Origin: the human T2T-CHM13v2.0 reference genome, Homo sapiens | Assembly (NCBI RefSeq): GCF_009914755.1 | Contig: NC_060927.1 | Strand: one strand, 5' to 3' | DNA length: 64,000 nucleotides | Shown here: positions 16,583 through 31,640 of the stretch, piece after piece | Position numbering within the stretch: the stretch's first letter is position 1 | Layout of the letters: each line of letters begins with the position of its first letter | Position numbers and translations under genes: made by a program | Notes under the pieces: model-generated | What the model was told of the DNA's origin: nothing | What the model saw: the letters and a program-made list of their open reading frames with translations, nothing else | Database searches by the model: none

Positions 16583-17494
16583 ATTGTGGTTTTTAATAAA
16601 GAAGTAAACAATTTACAGTAAGAGATACTCTGAGAAGTGATATTTCCTCTATTGTGTTTTCAGCTTTGAAATTCCAAAATATTAATATGTTCTCCTATAA
16701 AATAAATGCCAAATAAGCATATTTACCTGGTAACCAATATGCCCCAATTTCTACACAAAAAATACAAATAGTATATTTTTGCTAAAATAAAGGTCAACTC
16801 ACATAGAAATGGGTGAAAACTGAAAATTTCCCTTTCATGCTTCTTTCACAGCTCCAAGTCACTCCCCTTCCTAGAGGCAATTGCTGAGGACATTTTAGTT
16901 TTTGGTGTGTTTTAGTTACTCATCCAGGTTTTTGTCTATGAAATGTCTATGTGTTTGTGTATGTATGTAGCTTTCCATATTTGAATATTTGAATCAGACT
17001 GTACATGTTCTTTTGCAACTCACAGAATTTATTTTCGAAGGAACAAATATTCCATAAGAGACTATATCAAGGGACATTACTTTTTCACACCTGTGCTTTC
17101 TTTTTGCCAAGTCTACATTTAGAAGCTTATCTCTGCTAGAACCAAGAGTATGCCACCAACTACTTCCCTTCTTTAAGTATACTGTATAACAAGAGTTTTG
17201 GAAATGCAGACAATCTTTCCCACAGAGCAGTTTCTTACCTCTTTGATTCTGAGGCATTTTCACTGCATGAATACTTGTTTTTCAGGTTTATGTTTTGACT
17301 ATTTCACAATAGTCTTCAATTAAGAAAAAATGGTGATGGAGAGATAAAGCTTTAATGTTCACATTATCAACTTATTGCAAACAAAGATTGTGAGGGCACT
17401 AATAATCCTTTGCTGTCTCAAAATTGTAACATAGTCCCAAGCGTGGGAAGGGGAGAATGAGACAGACACGAACATGTATAAAAACTTTTCTCCT

Positions 17495-17844
<350 letters not shown>

Positions 17845-18357
17845 TCAGTCAACTTTGAAAAAGCTAATAGCCCTATAGAGGAATTTCTTGGATCAAAACA
17901 GCCAGGTTTCTTGAATGCCAGACATCTTTAAAGATGGATAATTTTTGGCTTTTAATTCTAGAAGAAAATGAACATGGTCTTCTTTGAATACCTAGAGATA
18001 AATACAATGCCCTAAGGTGTTCCCAGTGCACAATCTTAAGAAGAAATGGATTCTCTATTTAGACAATGGATGAAATTAGACTTTTTCATTTCATTAACAA
18101 AATATGAAGTAGGATATCTTTGTATCTGGTATCAACAGCATATGTATCTTCTTTCAACCAACAATATAGAATATCTGCATTTGTGAGAGAATTCCACAGA
18201 GTTGAATGCTCTTTAGTATCAGGCAATGGCCTGGTTGAGACAGGCAATTTTCATTTCATGAGAGCAATATACTTAGCACTATGTTTCTTCAATTATTGGT
18301 ACATATCCCTTTGGTGTATTTGACAGTATCAAGAAGCAATTGATAATAAATAACAAC

Positions 18358-18885
18358 TGTAGCAGAGTGTATCTCCTAAGATGGTCTAAATAATACCGCT
18401 TACCTCACATAATCCCCTTATGATGCAACTCCATCCATTAAAACATGAGATCTACATTCCCTCTTCTTGAAACTGGCTGGACTTTTGTGGCTGGTCCAAG
18501 AAATAGGGTACAGTGGAAGAGATGCTGCACGACTTCTGAGGCTAGGTTCTGCCTGGCGGCTGGACAATCACGATTTGAACCCTGAGCCTCTACATATGCA
18601 AGATATTGGCCCCAAAGCAGCAATGCTGTGAAGAAGTCCAAAACAGCCCACACATGAGAACAAATGAAAAGCCCAGAAACATCATGAAGAGAAATGTCCA
18701 GTCAGCTCCCAGCTACTCCAGCCCCTCATTGTTCCAGCTACAGCTCCTCAAACCAGAATCATCCAGTCAAGCCCTTCCCAAACTCCTGACCCACAAAAAG
18801 CATGAGAGAGAATAAAATGGTTGCTCCTGTTCTAAGTCACAGGATTTCAGAGTGCCTTGTTACAAAGCAGTACATAACTAGAACA
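18358..18885 (+). mobile_element. MaLR LTR (MLT1H-like)
   Basis: tgt...aaca termini, cccttcccaaactcctgacccaca motif, AATAAA near the 3' end. Confidence 0.7.
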
Positions 18886-19165
18886 ATACCTAATGTTTAT
18901 TGAGCTATAGAATTGAGCATGTAATATTTTATTCAATTTATTGAACACATAGTATTTGTGTAGTCAGGATTCAAGGATTTCACATGTATTAATTTATTAA
19001 TTCATTTAATGCTTTTATTAAACTCCTGTGAGGTAGGTATAAATTATTCTATTTCAAAGATAAGAAAACCGGAGCAAAGAGTGCTTTTGTAACATTTCCA
19101 TGGTCATAGTAGTAGATGGCAAAGGAAGGATTTACCTCTGAACATCTAGCTCCTGAGCCAATACT
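18886..19165 (-). mobile_element. MIR
   Basis: tttattgagc...catttaat...ctgtgaggtagg...aagataagaaaacc MIR core in antisense. Confidence 0.6.
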
Positions 19166-20279
19166 TTATTGTATTATTTCTTTATTATTATTATATATTT
19201 AGAATTGTCACTGACATGTGCATTTATATATCAGCATACATACATACATATCAACATGCATCTATATCAACCACAGTTATATTATTGGATAGAATATAAA
19301 TATTCAGAACTTTAAGATAACACACAAGACTTCAGAGAAATATCTGACTGAAGCTATTCATCCAGACTCTCTGGAAATCATGCCTCTTAAAGCATTTCCT
19401 GAAAAAGCATTTCCATTTTGTTCTGTTTTGTTATCACAGACTTGGCATTTCATTGAGAGTCATTACATGAAATTGTGATATGGAAACTACTTCTACATAA
19501 TCAGTCAGAAGCAATATTGTAGATCTCTAACAATGCCTTAGAAAATATACCTGTTAGAATTTGTATTATGATAATGTACATAATATCTAGACATTAAATA
19601 TTGTGCCTTTTTGAGGCACTTTTCTGCAATGAATTTTCTTGTCTGGTTTCTCCCACTTCAGGCTTTAAAATATTCACTGTAGATAGAATCCAAAGCATCA
19701 GAGTATAGAAATAACTAGAAGGGTTGTTTATCTTGGGAATACATATTTAAAAGTAGTGATTAAGAATTACTTGTATTGAGAGCAACAGAGAGTTTAACAT
19801 ACCAATTATTTATAACAAATTCTAAAGACTATGCAGCAGTACTCAAATCTTTAGTTCATCCTTACAACTGAGTTGATGATAAAACATAACTTTTGTGACT
19901 AGAACATGACCTCAGAAGTGGACCCATCTGCATCTTTTCAAACGGGCATTTGTTTCATAAACAGGACCACACCTAACATTTGTGCAGCCCAAGATGCGAG
20001 TACAAATGAAGACCTACCTACCATGTATCTAAATATGGAAAATTATACCTTAGGCTGCATCTACAGAATGGCCAGCATTTCCACCCACGGACCTCGTAGC
20101 TATTTTGGGGAGGTCACCATGAGGATTCAGGGGCTAACAGAGTCACATTATCCTTTGGTTTTTAGCCCTGCTGCCTATGAGCATGAGAGGCAATACAGAT
20201 CTGCTAGGGCAGGATACCTATTTTCTACCACTTATATTTGCTCACCAAACTTATGAAAATTTGCTGTTGTTAGGCAATC

Positions 20280-20803
20280 TGTGATGGTTTTATACATCTA
20301 CAATCTGCAAATCCTTTCATATTCCACCCATCAAAAGGTGGAGTCTAATTCCTTTCCCCTTGAATATGATCCAATCATGATGACTTGGTTCCAATAACAA
20401 CAAAGTTATACAAGTAAACTCTGTATAACTTTCAAGGGTAGTTTAAAGGAAGCAGTGACATAACTTCCACCTGGATCCCCTGCCTTTTCTGTGTGTGTGC
20501 ATGCGCACGTGTGTGTGTGTCCCACTGACTCTTGGAAGTCATAGCCTTAGAGAGGTCATGTGTAGGTGTTGCAGGTGACAGACCCAACTGAGATGCCAGG
20601 CTGTGGCCAGCATCACCGCCAGACATGTGAGTGAAGGAGGCTTCCGACTGTTGCAGCCCAACTGATACTGAGTGTAACAGAGACAAGCTCTTCCCATCAA
20701 GCTAACTCTGCTCAAATTTCAGATTTGCGAGCCAAACAAACGTTTCTGTTGTTTTAAACCCCTAAGTTTGGAGGTGGTTAAGCAGCAATAGATAGCCACA
20801 ACA
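20280..20803 (+). mobile_element. MaLR LTR (MLT1G/H-like) with an internal (TG)n tract
   Basis: tgtgatggtttta start, aggtggagtctaattcc motif, gttgttttaaacc..taagtttgg..gcagcaatagatagc end. Confidence 0.7.
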
Positions 20804-20859
20804 CAAAGTTAAATATTACTTTTCCTAATGGCATGTTATAATGTAAAATACCCCAGATT

Positions 20860-21020
20860 TCTAAGTCAGAAGATCTGAGAATTTGAATCAAAACTCCAAC
20901 ATTTACTAGTGTGTGGATATAAGTTACTTATTTTAGCTTTTGTTTTCTCATTGATGTGACAGAACAACCCTCCCTCAGAGATATCAAGAGTATTCAAAAG
21001 GGAAATGTATGTGGAAGAAT
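20860..21020 (+). mobile_element. MIR fragment
   Basis: agtcagaagatctgag..tttgaatc..ttactag core. Confidence 0.5.
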
Positions 21021-23330
21021 AGAATTCAGGACACTTCACATTTTGTAAATGTTTCTTGAATCCGTATCTCACAATTCCAGATACTTACTCTTTGTTCCTT
21101 CTCTATCTCTATCACTTTTCCACGAGGGCAGAAAATTGTGCGAGTTATGACTGCTACATCTGTATCTAAAAGTGTGAATAATCTATATTTTATTTTCTTA
21201 GTTAAAGTAATTTCTTAGTTTAAAGAAATTACTACTAGAAAATTCTTCAGACCATTACCCGATGAACCATTCAAAGAAGAAACTCAATACTGACAGGTTT
21301 TCCTTCTGGAAGTAATTAAAGACCCCAAAAAGAACAATATTATGTGTTCCACTGAGAAAGTACACATTGATTCATCTTCTATGTATGCCTTCTCCCTGAA
21401 ATGTATGCCTGAGGGAGGAAAATGCTCCCGATTAATGCCTCCCACTTCTTGATTCTGTAACCTACTCATGCTATAATGTTAGAATGCTCTGCATCCTAAA
21501 GGATTATTCAAAAACAGAATCTGACTTGAAAGTCTGACTTTTCTAGAAGCTAAACTTCAGAGATACTAAGTCTTATTTTTTAAAAATTTTCTCTTAATGT
21601 TTTCTAAATGGCATCAGAAGATGAATTTCAAAGAACTATAACTGATTTAAGATTTCACTTACCAAACAAACACAGTAAAAGATGGTATCAAACATCTGCA
21701 GTTTTCAATCACATAGCTTGCAAAGAAGCACAAAATGGTTTTAGTGAAGTGCATAATTTGCCATCCTTGACATCAAAGGTAATTTTAAATACATAATTCA
21801 CAATGCCCATTGACAGCAGGTCTCTTTTGCTGGGTATTAATCTGCCAGGATGAATCTTGAAACATCAATGTCTCTCAATTAAAAGCATAAACTTTAAAAA
21901 TGAGAAATAAAATCATGGTGGTATGAACAGGGCACAGGTGGGTAATTGACAAGCCTACATAATGTGGAAAAATCATAGGTTAGAGGAAAAGTCATAACAA
22001 TAATATAAAGCTTTGGATTTGCACAGCCACTTCCCCCAAAGAGATCAAAGCTCCTTATATACATTATCTCATTAATCCCCCTGCTACCTGCTGCTTTGGC
22101 AATGTCAGGGCAGACACCCATCAGTGACGATTCTGTGGCCATCAGTGTCCTATGTGGTAGCCTATTGTGAACCCTATTACTTTCATTCTCTTTTCTGTAA
22201 TAAAGTCTGAGATTAGCGTTCGAGTCACAGCTGGAGATGCAAGGCAGCATCAGTTCCTAAACCAATTTATCCCTTTCCCCAATTTGTCACACTACACAGA
22301 TAACTACCTAAAATATTTCCATCGACAGGTACGCTATTAATGGGCTGTAACTGTGTCTCTGAAAGAGAGTTCAAAGACATCAAAAACATCTGTAACTACT
22401 AATTAGAGACTCGCTTAACTACATGAGATTATTTCAGAAAGCAGGTTAGCTGTGGGACTCATTTGTTGCTCAACACCCCAGACACTTCAGACATTTGATT
22501 TTTTTCAACGTTCTCTTCCCACCTCCTGTTAGAAAGATTACATGCATGTTACAGTGCACGTATGTGTAGATTCATGAAAAACAAGAAACAAAAAACGCTA
22601 TTTGGCTATCATGCATTCTAACCTTTCTGAAAACCAGATCACCAAAATCTTATTTTATTTCCCTTTATTTATTGTATTTCAGAAAAAATAAACCTCTGTG
22701 AAATATAACTGTTTTTTCAAATGCTACTCATTCATATTTCATCAACAAAATTGTCAAACTACAACTCATCTTTCTTGAGGAAGAAAAAAATACATTGGTT
22801 TAGTATCCTATTTCTATGACATATAAACCTTTATGTATGCTAATAATTTTACTATAGTGGAATATTTGACTGGGTATTTCTTTGATAATCAATCCAAGGA
22901 TTATACCTGCCACCTCTAATTTTCTTTGAGAATAAAATTCAAAAACTATGTGTGCATTGAAATTGAAAATCAATAGCTTCACATCTAAATATAATTAATT
23001 ATTAAGAAACATAACTAATGTTTTAATTTCCTGGAAAGAATACACCTTGATTCTACGGTATGTAGCCGAAGAAAGGTCACATGAAAGCTTTCAGATTATG
23101 CCTGCATAGAGCTATTACCTTTAATTTTTGTACAAAATAAAATGATTGGTATCCATGTGAGATATACCAACACCCATATTTGCAGGAGAAATTTTGTTTT
23201 CCTATGTAGATGCATTATGAAAAAGTTGAAGAAGCATTTAAGGATGGTGATGCCTAAGCTTGGGTACTCGCTGATTTTATTACTTCATACGCTATTACAA
23301 ATATTGTATTTATACTAAAATTGTATTGCT

Positions 23331-24884
23331 CCATTTATTGAATAGGGAGTACTTTCCCAATTATTTTTGTCAACTCTGTCAAAGAACAGTTCGCTGTAAG
23401 TGTGTGGCTTTATTTCTGTTTTCTCTGTTCTGTTCCATTGGCCTATATGTCTGTTTTTGTACCAGTACCATGCTGTTTTGGTTACTATAGCCTTATAGTA
23501 CAGCCTGAAGTTGGGTAATGTGATGCTTCCAGTTTTGTTCCTTTGTTTAGGATTGCTTTGGCAATTTGGGCTCTTATTTGGCTCCATATGAATTTTAGAA
23601 TTCTTTTCCAATTCTGTGAAAAGTGATATTGGTAGTTTGATAGGGATACTTTTCACCAGATACAAAAATTAACTTGAAATGGATTAAAGATTTAAATGTA
23701 AGACCTTAAACTATAAGAAGACTAGAAGAAAACCTAGGAAACATCATTCTGGAGGATGGCATTGGGAAAGAATTTATAACTAAGTCCTCAACAGCAATTG
23801 CAACAAACACAAAAACTGAAAAGTGAAATTTAATTAAAGAGCTTCTGCACAGCAAAGGAAAATATCAATAGAGTAAACAGAAAACCTACAGAATGGGAGA
23901 AAATATTCACAAACTATGAGTCTGACAGAGATCTAATAACCAATATCTGTAAGGAACTTAATTAAAGAAGCAAAAAACAAATAACCCCATTAAAAAGTGG
24001 GCAAAAGATATGAACAGACACTTCTCAAAAGAAGGCATACATGTGCCAACAAACATATGAAAAAATGCTTATCATCACTAATCGTCAGAGAACTGCAAAT
24101 CAAAACCACAATGAGATACCATCTCACACCAGTCAGAATGGCTATTATTAAAAGGTCAAAAAACAACAGATGCTGGTGAGGCCGTGGAGAAAAGGAAACA
24201 ATTATACACTGTTGGTGGAAATGTAAATTAGTTCAGCCACTGTGGAAAACACTTTCAATATTTCTCAAAGAACTTAAAACAGAACTACGACTAGACCCAG
24301 CAATCCCACTACTGGGTATATACACAAAAGAATATAAATTATTCTACTAAAAAGACACAGGCAGTCATACATTCCTTGTAGCACTATTCACAATGGCAAA
24401 GACATGGAATCAACCTAGGTGCCCATCAATGGTGGATTGAATAAAGAAAATGTGGTACACATACACTATAGAATACTATGCAACCACCAAAAAAAGAACA
24501 ATATCATGTCCTTTGCAGCAACATGGATGAAGCTGGAGATCATTAAGTGAATTAATGCAGGAACAGAAAACCAAATACCACTTGTTCTCAATTATAAGTG
24601 GGAACTAAACAATGGATACTTATGGACATAAAGATGGCAAAAATAGACACTGGGAACTGAGGTGGGAGGGAGCGAGAGAGAAAAGGTTGTAAAACTAACT
24701 ATTGGGTACTATGCTAAGTACCTGGATAATGGGTTCAATTGTACTCTAAACCTCAGCATCATGCAATATACCCAGGTAATAAACCTACACACATACATCC
24801 TGAATCTAAAATAAAAGTTGAAATTATAAAACGAATGAAAATAATAAAAATTATTTGAAAATAAAAGTAAAATAAAAATAAAGG
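23331..24884 (+). mobile_element. L1PA16-like LINE-1 with a 5' inversion (minus segment 23331-~23649, plus segment ~23650-24884)
   Basis: Minus-strand ORF2 piece (IPIKLP...WYWYKNRHI) abuts the plus-strand ORF2 end, 3' UTR and A-rich tail. TSD aattgtattgct (23319-23330) / aactgtattgtt (24885-24896). Confidence 0.88.
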
Positions 24885-24964
24885 AACTGTATTGTTTTTA
24901 CAAAAGGCTGGGTTAAGGCGAGGATTCCCCACCTGTCTGCCAGGTCCACCTACTAGTCATTAAG

Positions 24965-25118
24965 ACCCTTGTACTCTAAGTGTGGTCCTGGGCATCATTG
25001 TAGGTTTATTAGAGATGCATGATCTAAGGCACCACGGAATATAAGTCCCCAACCTAATGGATCAGAATCTACATTTTCCATGATCCCAAAATTACTCCTA
25101 AAATTTGAGGAAGCACTA
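24965..25118. mobile_element. MER5-like hAT-Charlie MITE
   Basis: aagtgtggtcc...ttagagatgca...atcagaatct...tttgaggaagcact. Confidence 0.6.
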
Positions 25119-25615
25119 AGTTGAAATATTATCGGAAACCTAAAACACAAAATTAAAGAGATTATCTTAACATAACTGAAGTTTCTGCAGCAGAGTAAAT
25201 ATTTGGTCCAATCTATTTTCACCCGTCAGATCACCAGCACTACTACTCCTTGTTCCCTGTTCTCCATTTTCAAAATATGCCTTGTTCTGTTAGGTAAATG
25301 AAGCACAAATAGAGCAAAAAGGTCTATTGTTGGTCCCTTTTTGGACTTTAAACAATGACATTTTCTATCACAAAAATCAATAAGGGATACTTTGGATTAT
25401 ACAAAGCGGGAAAGGAAAGCAAATGGAGACTGTGGGGGTCCCAGTTTCCCTTTGCTTCAGATACTCTCCAGTTTTACTCTTCTCTATTTTAATTAATTGG
25501 CTTACCCTCCTCCGGTGTGACATGCTAATGTCATAAATTGAAATGAAATGCATTTAAACTCTTTCTGCTTCTATATTTTATTGTCCTCATGTAATTTTGC
25601 TATGAAAATGTCACT

Positions 25616-25997
<382 letters not shown>

Positions 25998-26399
25998 TCA
26001 CAGAAGACTCCTACTGATATGGAACACAGAGTCAATAACAAACTGAAAAGCTCCATTGGAGTAAGAAGGATCCTCCATGGCATCCAAATCATCCATGCAG
26101 AATTTTGTCCAACATAACCTCAGATGACAGGAAATAATTTCAAATGTTGAGTTTTCTCATCAAAGGTTTTTTAGAACTATATTCTAGGGAATTTTTAGTA
26201 TTAACAATCAATCTTGTGTAATATTTGGAATATGTCTCCAAGTTACAAAGGTTATAGTTAATTCACAAATGGCCAATACTATTGGCTCTATTCTTTTCAT
26301 GGTGTCACAGATCACAAGCAGTCTTCAGGGTGGCAATTTTCAAAATTCCATAGTTACTCCACTTCAGCCTAAGAAACTTCAATATTATGTTTATAAACT

Positions 26400-26942
26400 T
26401 GTTCTGGTCATCAATTGTTATTTAACAACTCAAAAACTAAATGAGATTTTTTTAAAGAAAACACCCATTTTATTACGCTCACAGCTTCTGTGAGAATCAG
26501 GAATTAAGACAGCACATATCAGGGATGGCTTTTCTCTGTGTTATGATGCTTGGGGCCTCAGATGAAAAGACTCATACAGTTGGGGGTGACTCAAATGGAT
26601 GTGGAAGGAACCCCAGAGTCTGGGTTGAAAAGGTTTGACTGAGTCTATCAGCTACAATCCCTATACATGGCCTCTCCATGTGGCTTGGACTCTCTTACAG
26701 TCTAATGGTGTCAAGAGAGTCAGTCTTTTTACCCTAGTATGCTCAGCCTCACAAGCAAGTGCTCCAGATAACAGGGCAGAACTTGCACAGTCCCCTTTTA
26801 TGGTCCAGCCTCAGTGATGCTGTATTGGTTGAAGTGGTCACAAATTTTCCCAGACTCAAGGAGAAGGGACATAAACATTAACCTCAAACTTTAATGGAAA
26901 TACTTCCAAAGAAATATGAAGCAATATTTTAAAGGTGCCACA
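26400..26942 (-). mobile_element. MaLR LTR (MLT1H-like)
   Basis: Antisense MLT1 motifs (catggcctctccatgtggcttgg; cccagactcaaggagaagggacata). Confidence 0.65.
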
Positions 26943-28569
26943 TATCTACCAGTTATAAGGGCAATAGTTTCATGCAAGAAATGATTTTAAAATTAAAAAT
27001 CATTAATCAAATCTAATACAAAAGGTCTTGATTAAAGGAAAATATTATGCTAAATGTTTGTTTTCTACTTGTAATTTGAACCAGGTGGCATGCAATTCTC
27101 TCAAATCGAATCTCAATATTCTTAGCACTATATTGAAGAGGTCTTTCCTTGTTAATGATAAGAATAAATTCTCATGTCCCACCTGGAAGCTCTAAAAAAT
27201 GTACAAAGACACACCATCTTTAAGAGAATATTTATCTACTGAAGTCACTGCGGACACCCTGAAAGACAAATCGTCTGAATAAAATAATTTATTTATGAAT
27301 ATTTAAATTGTTCATTGCCCAGATATAGTAAGATACATTATCTTCATTCTCTGCATCACTGCATCATGTTTCTGCCCTCAATTACTCCTATAGAATAAAA
27401 TAGAATTTTAAAATGCATTCAATCAGGAAAGAAAGTATAAAAACTATGAAAGTAAGCTCTCCTCAAACAGCAAAAACACATAGGAAGTCAGTAACATTTC
27501 TCAAGGTGAAAATGAGAAATAGAGAAGTTTCCTCTAAAAGGAGAGATAAGAATTTCATTGCTGGAAAGAAACATAATGAAAATTACATGGGGAATTTGTA
27601 AACCATTCAAGGATCGATACACTGCAACATAAAGATCTGAATAAAAAGTTGAGGCATTAATTGAAAAAACTCTGGGGAGCAATGAGGGGAGATAGCAACA
27701 ACAGTTAGATGTTGATGCTGCCTTTCCCAGTCCTAGGGCCAGCACTTCTAAAGCACTCAGTGGACCCATTGCTCAGGAGACACCGGGAGAGGATCACTGA
27801 GAGTGGTCCAAGGAGCTGATGGGCCACGGAGCTTAGGAAACAGAGTTACCTATTTATGACAAACATAAAAGTTTGAAGTGCTTTTATTTGGGCATTTGAA
27901 TTTCTAACAATAGGAAGAAAGGTTACCCTTAAATTGGGGGATTATGAGGTAAAAGTATGGCACCAGAATTCCATATGGTGATGAACTAAGAAATGATGTT
28001 TCTTCAGTAAGGAAAATAAGAAAACCTCCTTTGGAGTAGCAGGAGATGGTTCATGTAATTCTAAGCTTGCAAACTAAGTGTACACATAGACATTTAATGT
28101 ATATACACGTCCAAATCTCCATTTTCAGTGCAGTGTTGAAAGCATATGCTTTAACATAAAAAAGAGTTTTAATTATTTTTTTAAAAAGTCTACGCTTTAT
28201 CTTGGTGTGTACCTATGTGCGTATGTATGCATATGCATGTTAGACAGGTAAGTTAATTATTTTTAAATGCATATTTTAGAAAATGTACTTTTTAAATTAA
28301 GCTATTCTATCAGTTGTTGTTTTCTTTAAAAAAAAGAAAAGACTAGCCGTATATGATCAGTTAGTTCTGATTAGGCATCAGCCCACACCATCAGGAACCA
28401 TGATGGACAGAGTGTCTTTTTCAAGAGGCATTTATTCCTCTAGAAATTTTTCCAGCTAAACAATAAAGAAACTTTGATGAAACTAGAATTGAAGTGAGGT
28501 GCTTAATGATTCATTAGTAAGTTAGTTTCTATAGAAAGTAATCCAACAAAACATATTCTTTTTAATTTT

Positions 28570-28814
28570 ATGCTTTCTTTTTAAAAATATTTTATTTTAG
28601 ATTCAAAGGGTATGTGTACAGGTTTGCTACATATATATGTTTTATAATGGTGAGGTTTGGGCTTCTAGTATACCTACCACCTAAATAATGAATATTATAC
28701 CCAAGAGGTAATTTTTTTAACCCTCACCCAGTGTCTATAATTTTCATTTTTATATCTAATGCACCCATTGTTTAGCTCCCACTTATAAGTGAGAACATGT
28801 AGTATTTGATTTTT
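28570..28814 (-). mobile_element. Short L1PA16/L1PB-type 3' end
   Basis: tttagctcccacttataagtgagaacatg with a T-rich end at left. Confidence 0.75.
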
Positions 28815-29249
28815 GTAAATTTTCTCGTGAAAGCTCAAAGAATCACAGTCCATAAAGCCTGAATTCATTATGATGTCATTGATTAAGTTCATTAATGACA
28901 AATCAAGTATAGTTTTGCAAAGGAAAAAAATCACATATTAGTTCTCAGCTTTGCTTCACATGCATTCTTGGAAAGACCCTTAACTAGAAGTATCAGTAAT
29001 AAAAAAGGAAATAAATTAAACACCAAGGATATGTTGTTACAGAAGACCTATTAGTTCCACAGTTATACTTGTTCATGCCACAGCAGCTTGTTAAATGGTA
29101 AAAACAAGAGTGGGGGAAAATGGCTTCATGATAAACAATTGGATCTGATGGACTGTATCAACTACTTATTTGGATCCCAAGTGACCCAGCTTAAAAAAAC
29201 TTTTGAGGAGCAAAATACTCCCCCTCAAGTTATGCTTTTGAAGCCATTG

Positions 29250-29330
29250 TATATGTATGTGTACATGCATATATATACACACACACACACATATGTATAT
29301 ATACATATATATACACACATATGTATATAA
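29250..29330. repeat. Compound (TA)n/(CA)n microsatellite
   Basis: Visible run. Confidence 0.85.
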
Positions 29331-30344
29331 ATGACTATCTGGTCAAAATTGCTAACAAGATAAATCATTTCAACATCATCCAAATCTTATTCTCATGGTT
29401 TGTCATAAAAGGGTACCTATTGCAATAAGAGCCATTGGGATCAAAGACATGAATTAGATGCCAAGGAGAGGACTAGGCCATGCTACCCTGCCTGATAGCT
29501 CAAAGAGAAAGACTAGACTGTTAACTCCATGAGGCTTGAGAGAAAACTTTTTGTTTGCTTGTTTTTGTTTGTACCAATTTGTGAGGGGAAAACTGGAAAT
29601 AAAGCTCACCTAATTAAATATTAGTATTTGACTCCATTCTCTATTTATTATTCTTATCCAATCATATAGATATTTGACTGACAACTTTCCCTTCAGTCCA
29701 TGAAGCTAGATGCTCCTCACTATCCCACATCTGAAGATACTAGAAGGAGAGGTTAGTACCAAATAACTGGCTCTTCTAAGGCTTCTGGTCTACAGCTACC
29801 CCAACTCGACTTCTGACCACAAATTCCTAAAAATTTCCTACTTACTCATAACTTCAAGTAAAATACCTTTTTTCCTCAAACTTACCAATACTTCCAGTCC
29901 TTTGACTCCTTCATGTTCTTCTAAGCTGTCAGTTCTGTCATAGCTTCTCTTCCTTTCATGTAAGTCTTGACCCCATGGCTAATTATCTGAACTGCACTGT
30001 CTCCAGCACTGTTAGTTTTCTCTTACCCCGATACCTTCTGAGAAATTGGTCATATGAAGTTCAACTTTAGCACAATGTAAAATTCGAGTGTTGGACACCA
30101 ACTTTGGTCTAGATAATGGTGTACTAGATAATCCCGATACAGTATCAAATGGCACCTTGATAAATTCCCATTCTCTAACATCAGCTGGGACATAAGTAGC
30201 ATCAACCAGTTCTTTTACATATTCTTGGTCAGCTTTCTTTCCCATTCCTCTCAATCACCATTACAGACTCACTCAGTCTCTCAAGTTCCCTACCCAGTCT
30301 AGGCAAAGAATATGCTTTAAGGAAATTGAAGCAATAACACACGA

Positions 30345-31640
30345 TCTGGTAAGGAATTGGAATGGTGGAATGAGGAGCTCAGCAAATCCTCTGCACAAAA
30401 AGCAATGATAAAACTAGATGAATTTGTCAATACAAAGATTTCAGGACATAGAAATAGAACAAAGGCATAAAATGAATTGAGTTGTATCTATGCAAGAAAA
30501 ACTACTGAACCACAGATAAAAGCTTCTTGTGACATTTTAGCCTGGGGTTGTATTATTCCTGTTCTCCATCCCCCTTCCCCACCTTTCCATTTGTGCTCAG
30601 CCATGTACTAGAAAGAGGCAAGTCACAGAAACAAGCAGCTTCTTAGACAGGAAGGGTAAGTGCTGACTTGGTATTTAGCAGGGCACAGAAAAATCCCCAC
30701 ACTCAGGGGCATGGTCAAAAGTAGCAGCAATTTAGGTGATGATAAGGGCCAATGTTAGTTAGCCTAAGGCATGATTTCAGTTGGGGCAAGCAACAATCAG
30801 ACTAGGCAAAAATTTAACAGGAAGGTCCATGAAATGAGTCAGCCAGAGCAGGCCCTGATAAGCTTCCACCTAACCCTGATTGTCTGGAATGAAGTACGCA
30901 TGTGCAAAGCTGCACACACTCTCAGGAGAGAAGAGAAGACAACTATCTGCTTGTCCCTAGATGACGGTGAGGCCTTTTGCAAGCAGAAAGGAAAAGCCAG
31001 GAAAACTTATTAAACCGTCTGAAATGTAAAAGTGTTCCCCAGCTCACACATAGATTCATGAACGAGAGCAGAAACCTTAGCTGTTCAAGGTGAGTAATCT
31101 GACTGATTATTGAAAGACTAAGCAATTCTGACATGAGAGCAACCCTTATGGAGTCAGGCATAAAAATAAAAGTAATAATAAAGAAGAAAACACCTGAGAA
31201 GAAACATCAGAGGTTACACACTGTAGAGGAAGACAGACTCCACAGAATTCATCTAAACAAGGCATTAACCAATAAACAAGCAAACACAAACAATACCTGG
31301 GAAAAAATAAATTGAGGTTTTCTCTATTATAGTATCTAGAATGCTCAGTTTTTAACAAAAACTTATGAGACTGCAAAGAAACACAAAAGTACAATCCATA
31401 CACAAGAAAAAAGCAGTCAAGAGAAACTGTCTACTAGAGGACCTAGATGTTGGACTTAGCAGACAAAGATGTTAAACAGCTATTATAAATCAGTTCAAAG
31501 AACTAAAGAAAATTATATTTATAAGTTAATGGAAAGTGCGACAACAGTAACTCACTGAGTAGAGAATATCAATAAAGAGATAAAGATTGTGAAAAAAAAA
31601 AAGAAAGAGAAAATTCTGGAGTTAAAAAGTACAAAAACTG
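30345..31640 (+). mobile_element. Ancient L1M (L1ME-like) 5' UTR and ORF1 start
   Basis: L1M 5'-end motifs (gagctcagcaaatcctct; gaaaaactactgaacc) followed by A-rich ORF1-like sequence. Confidence 0.6.
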
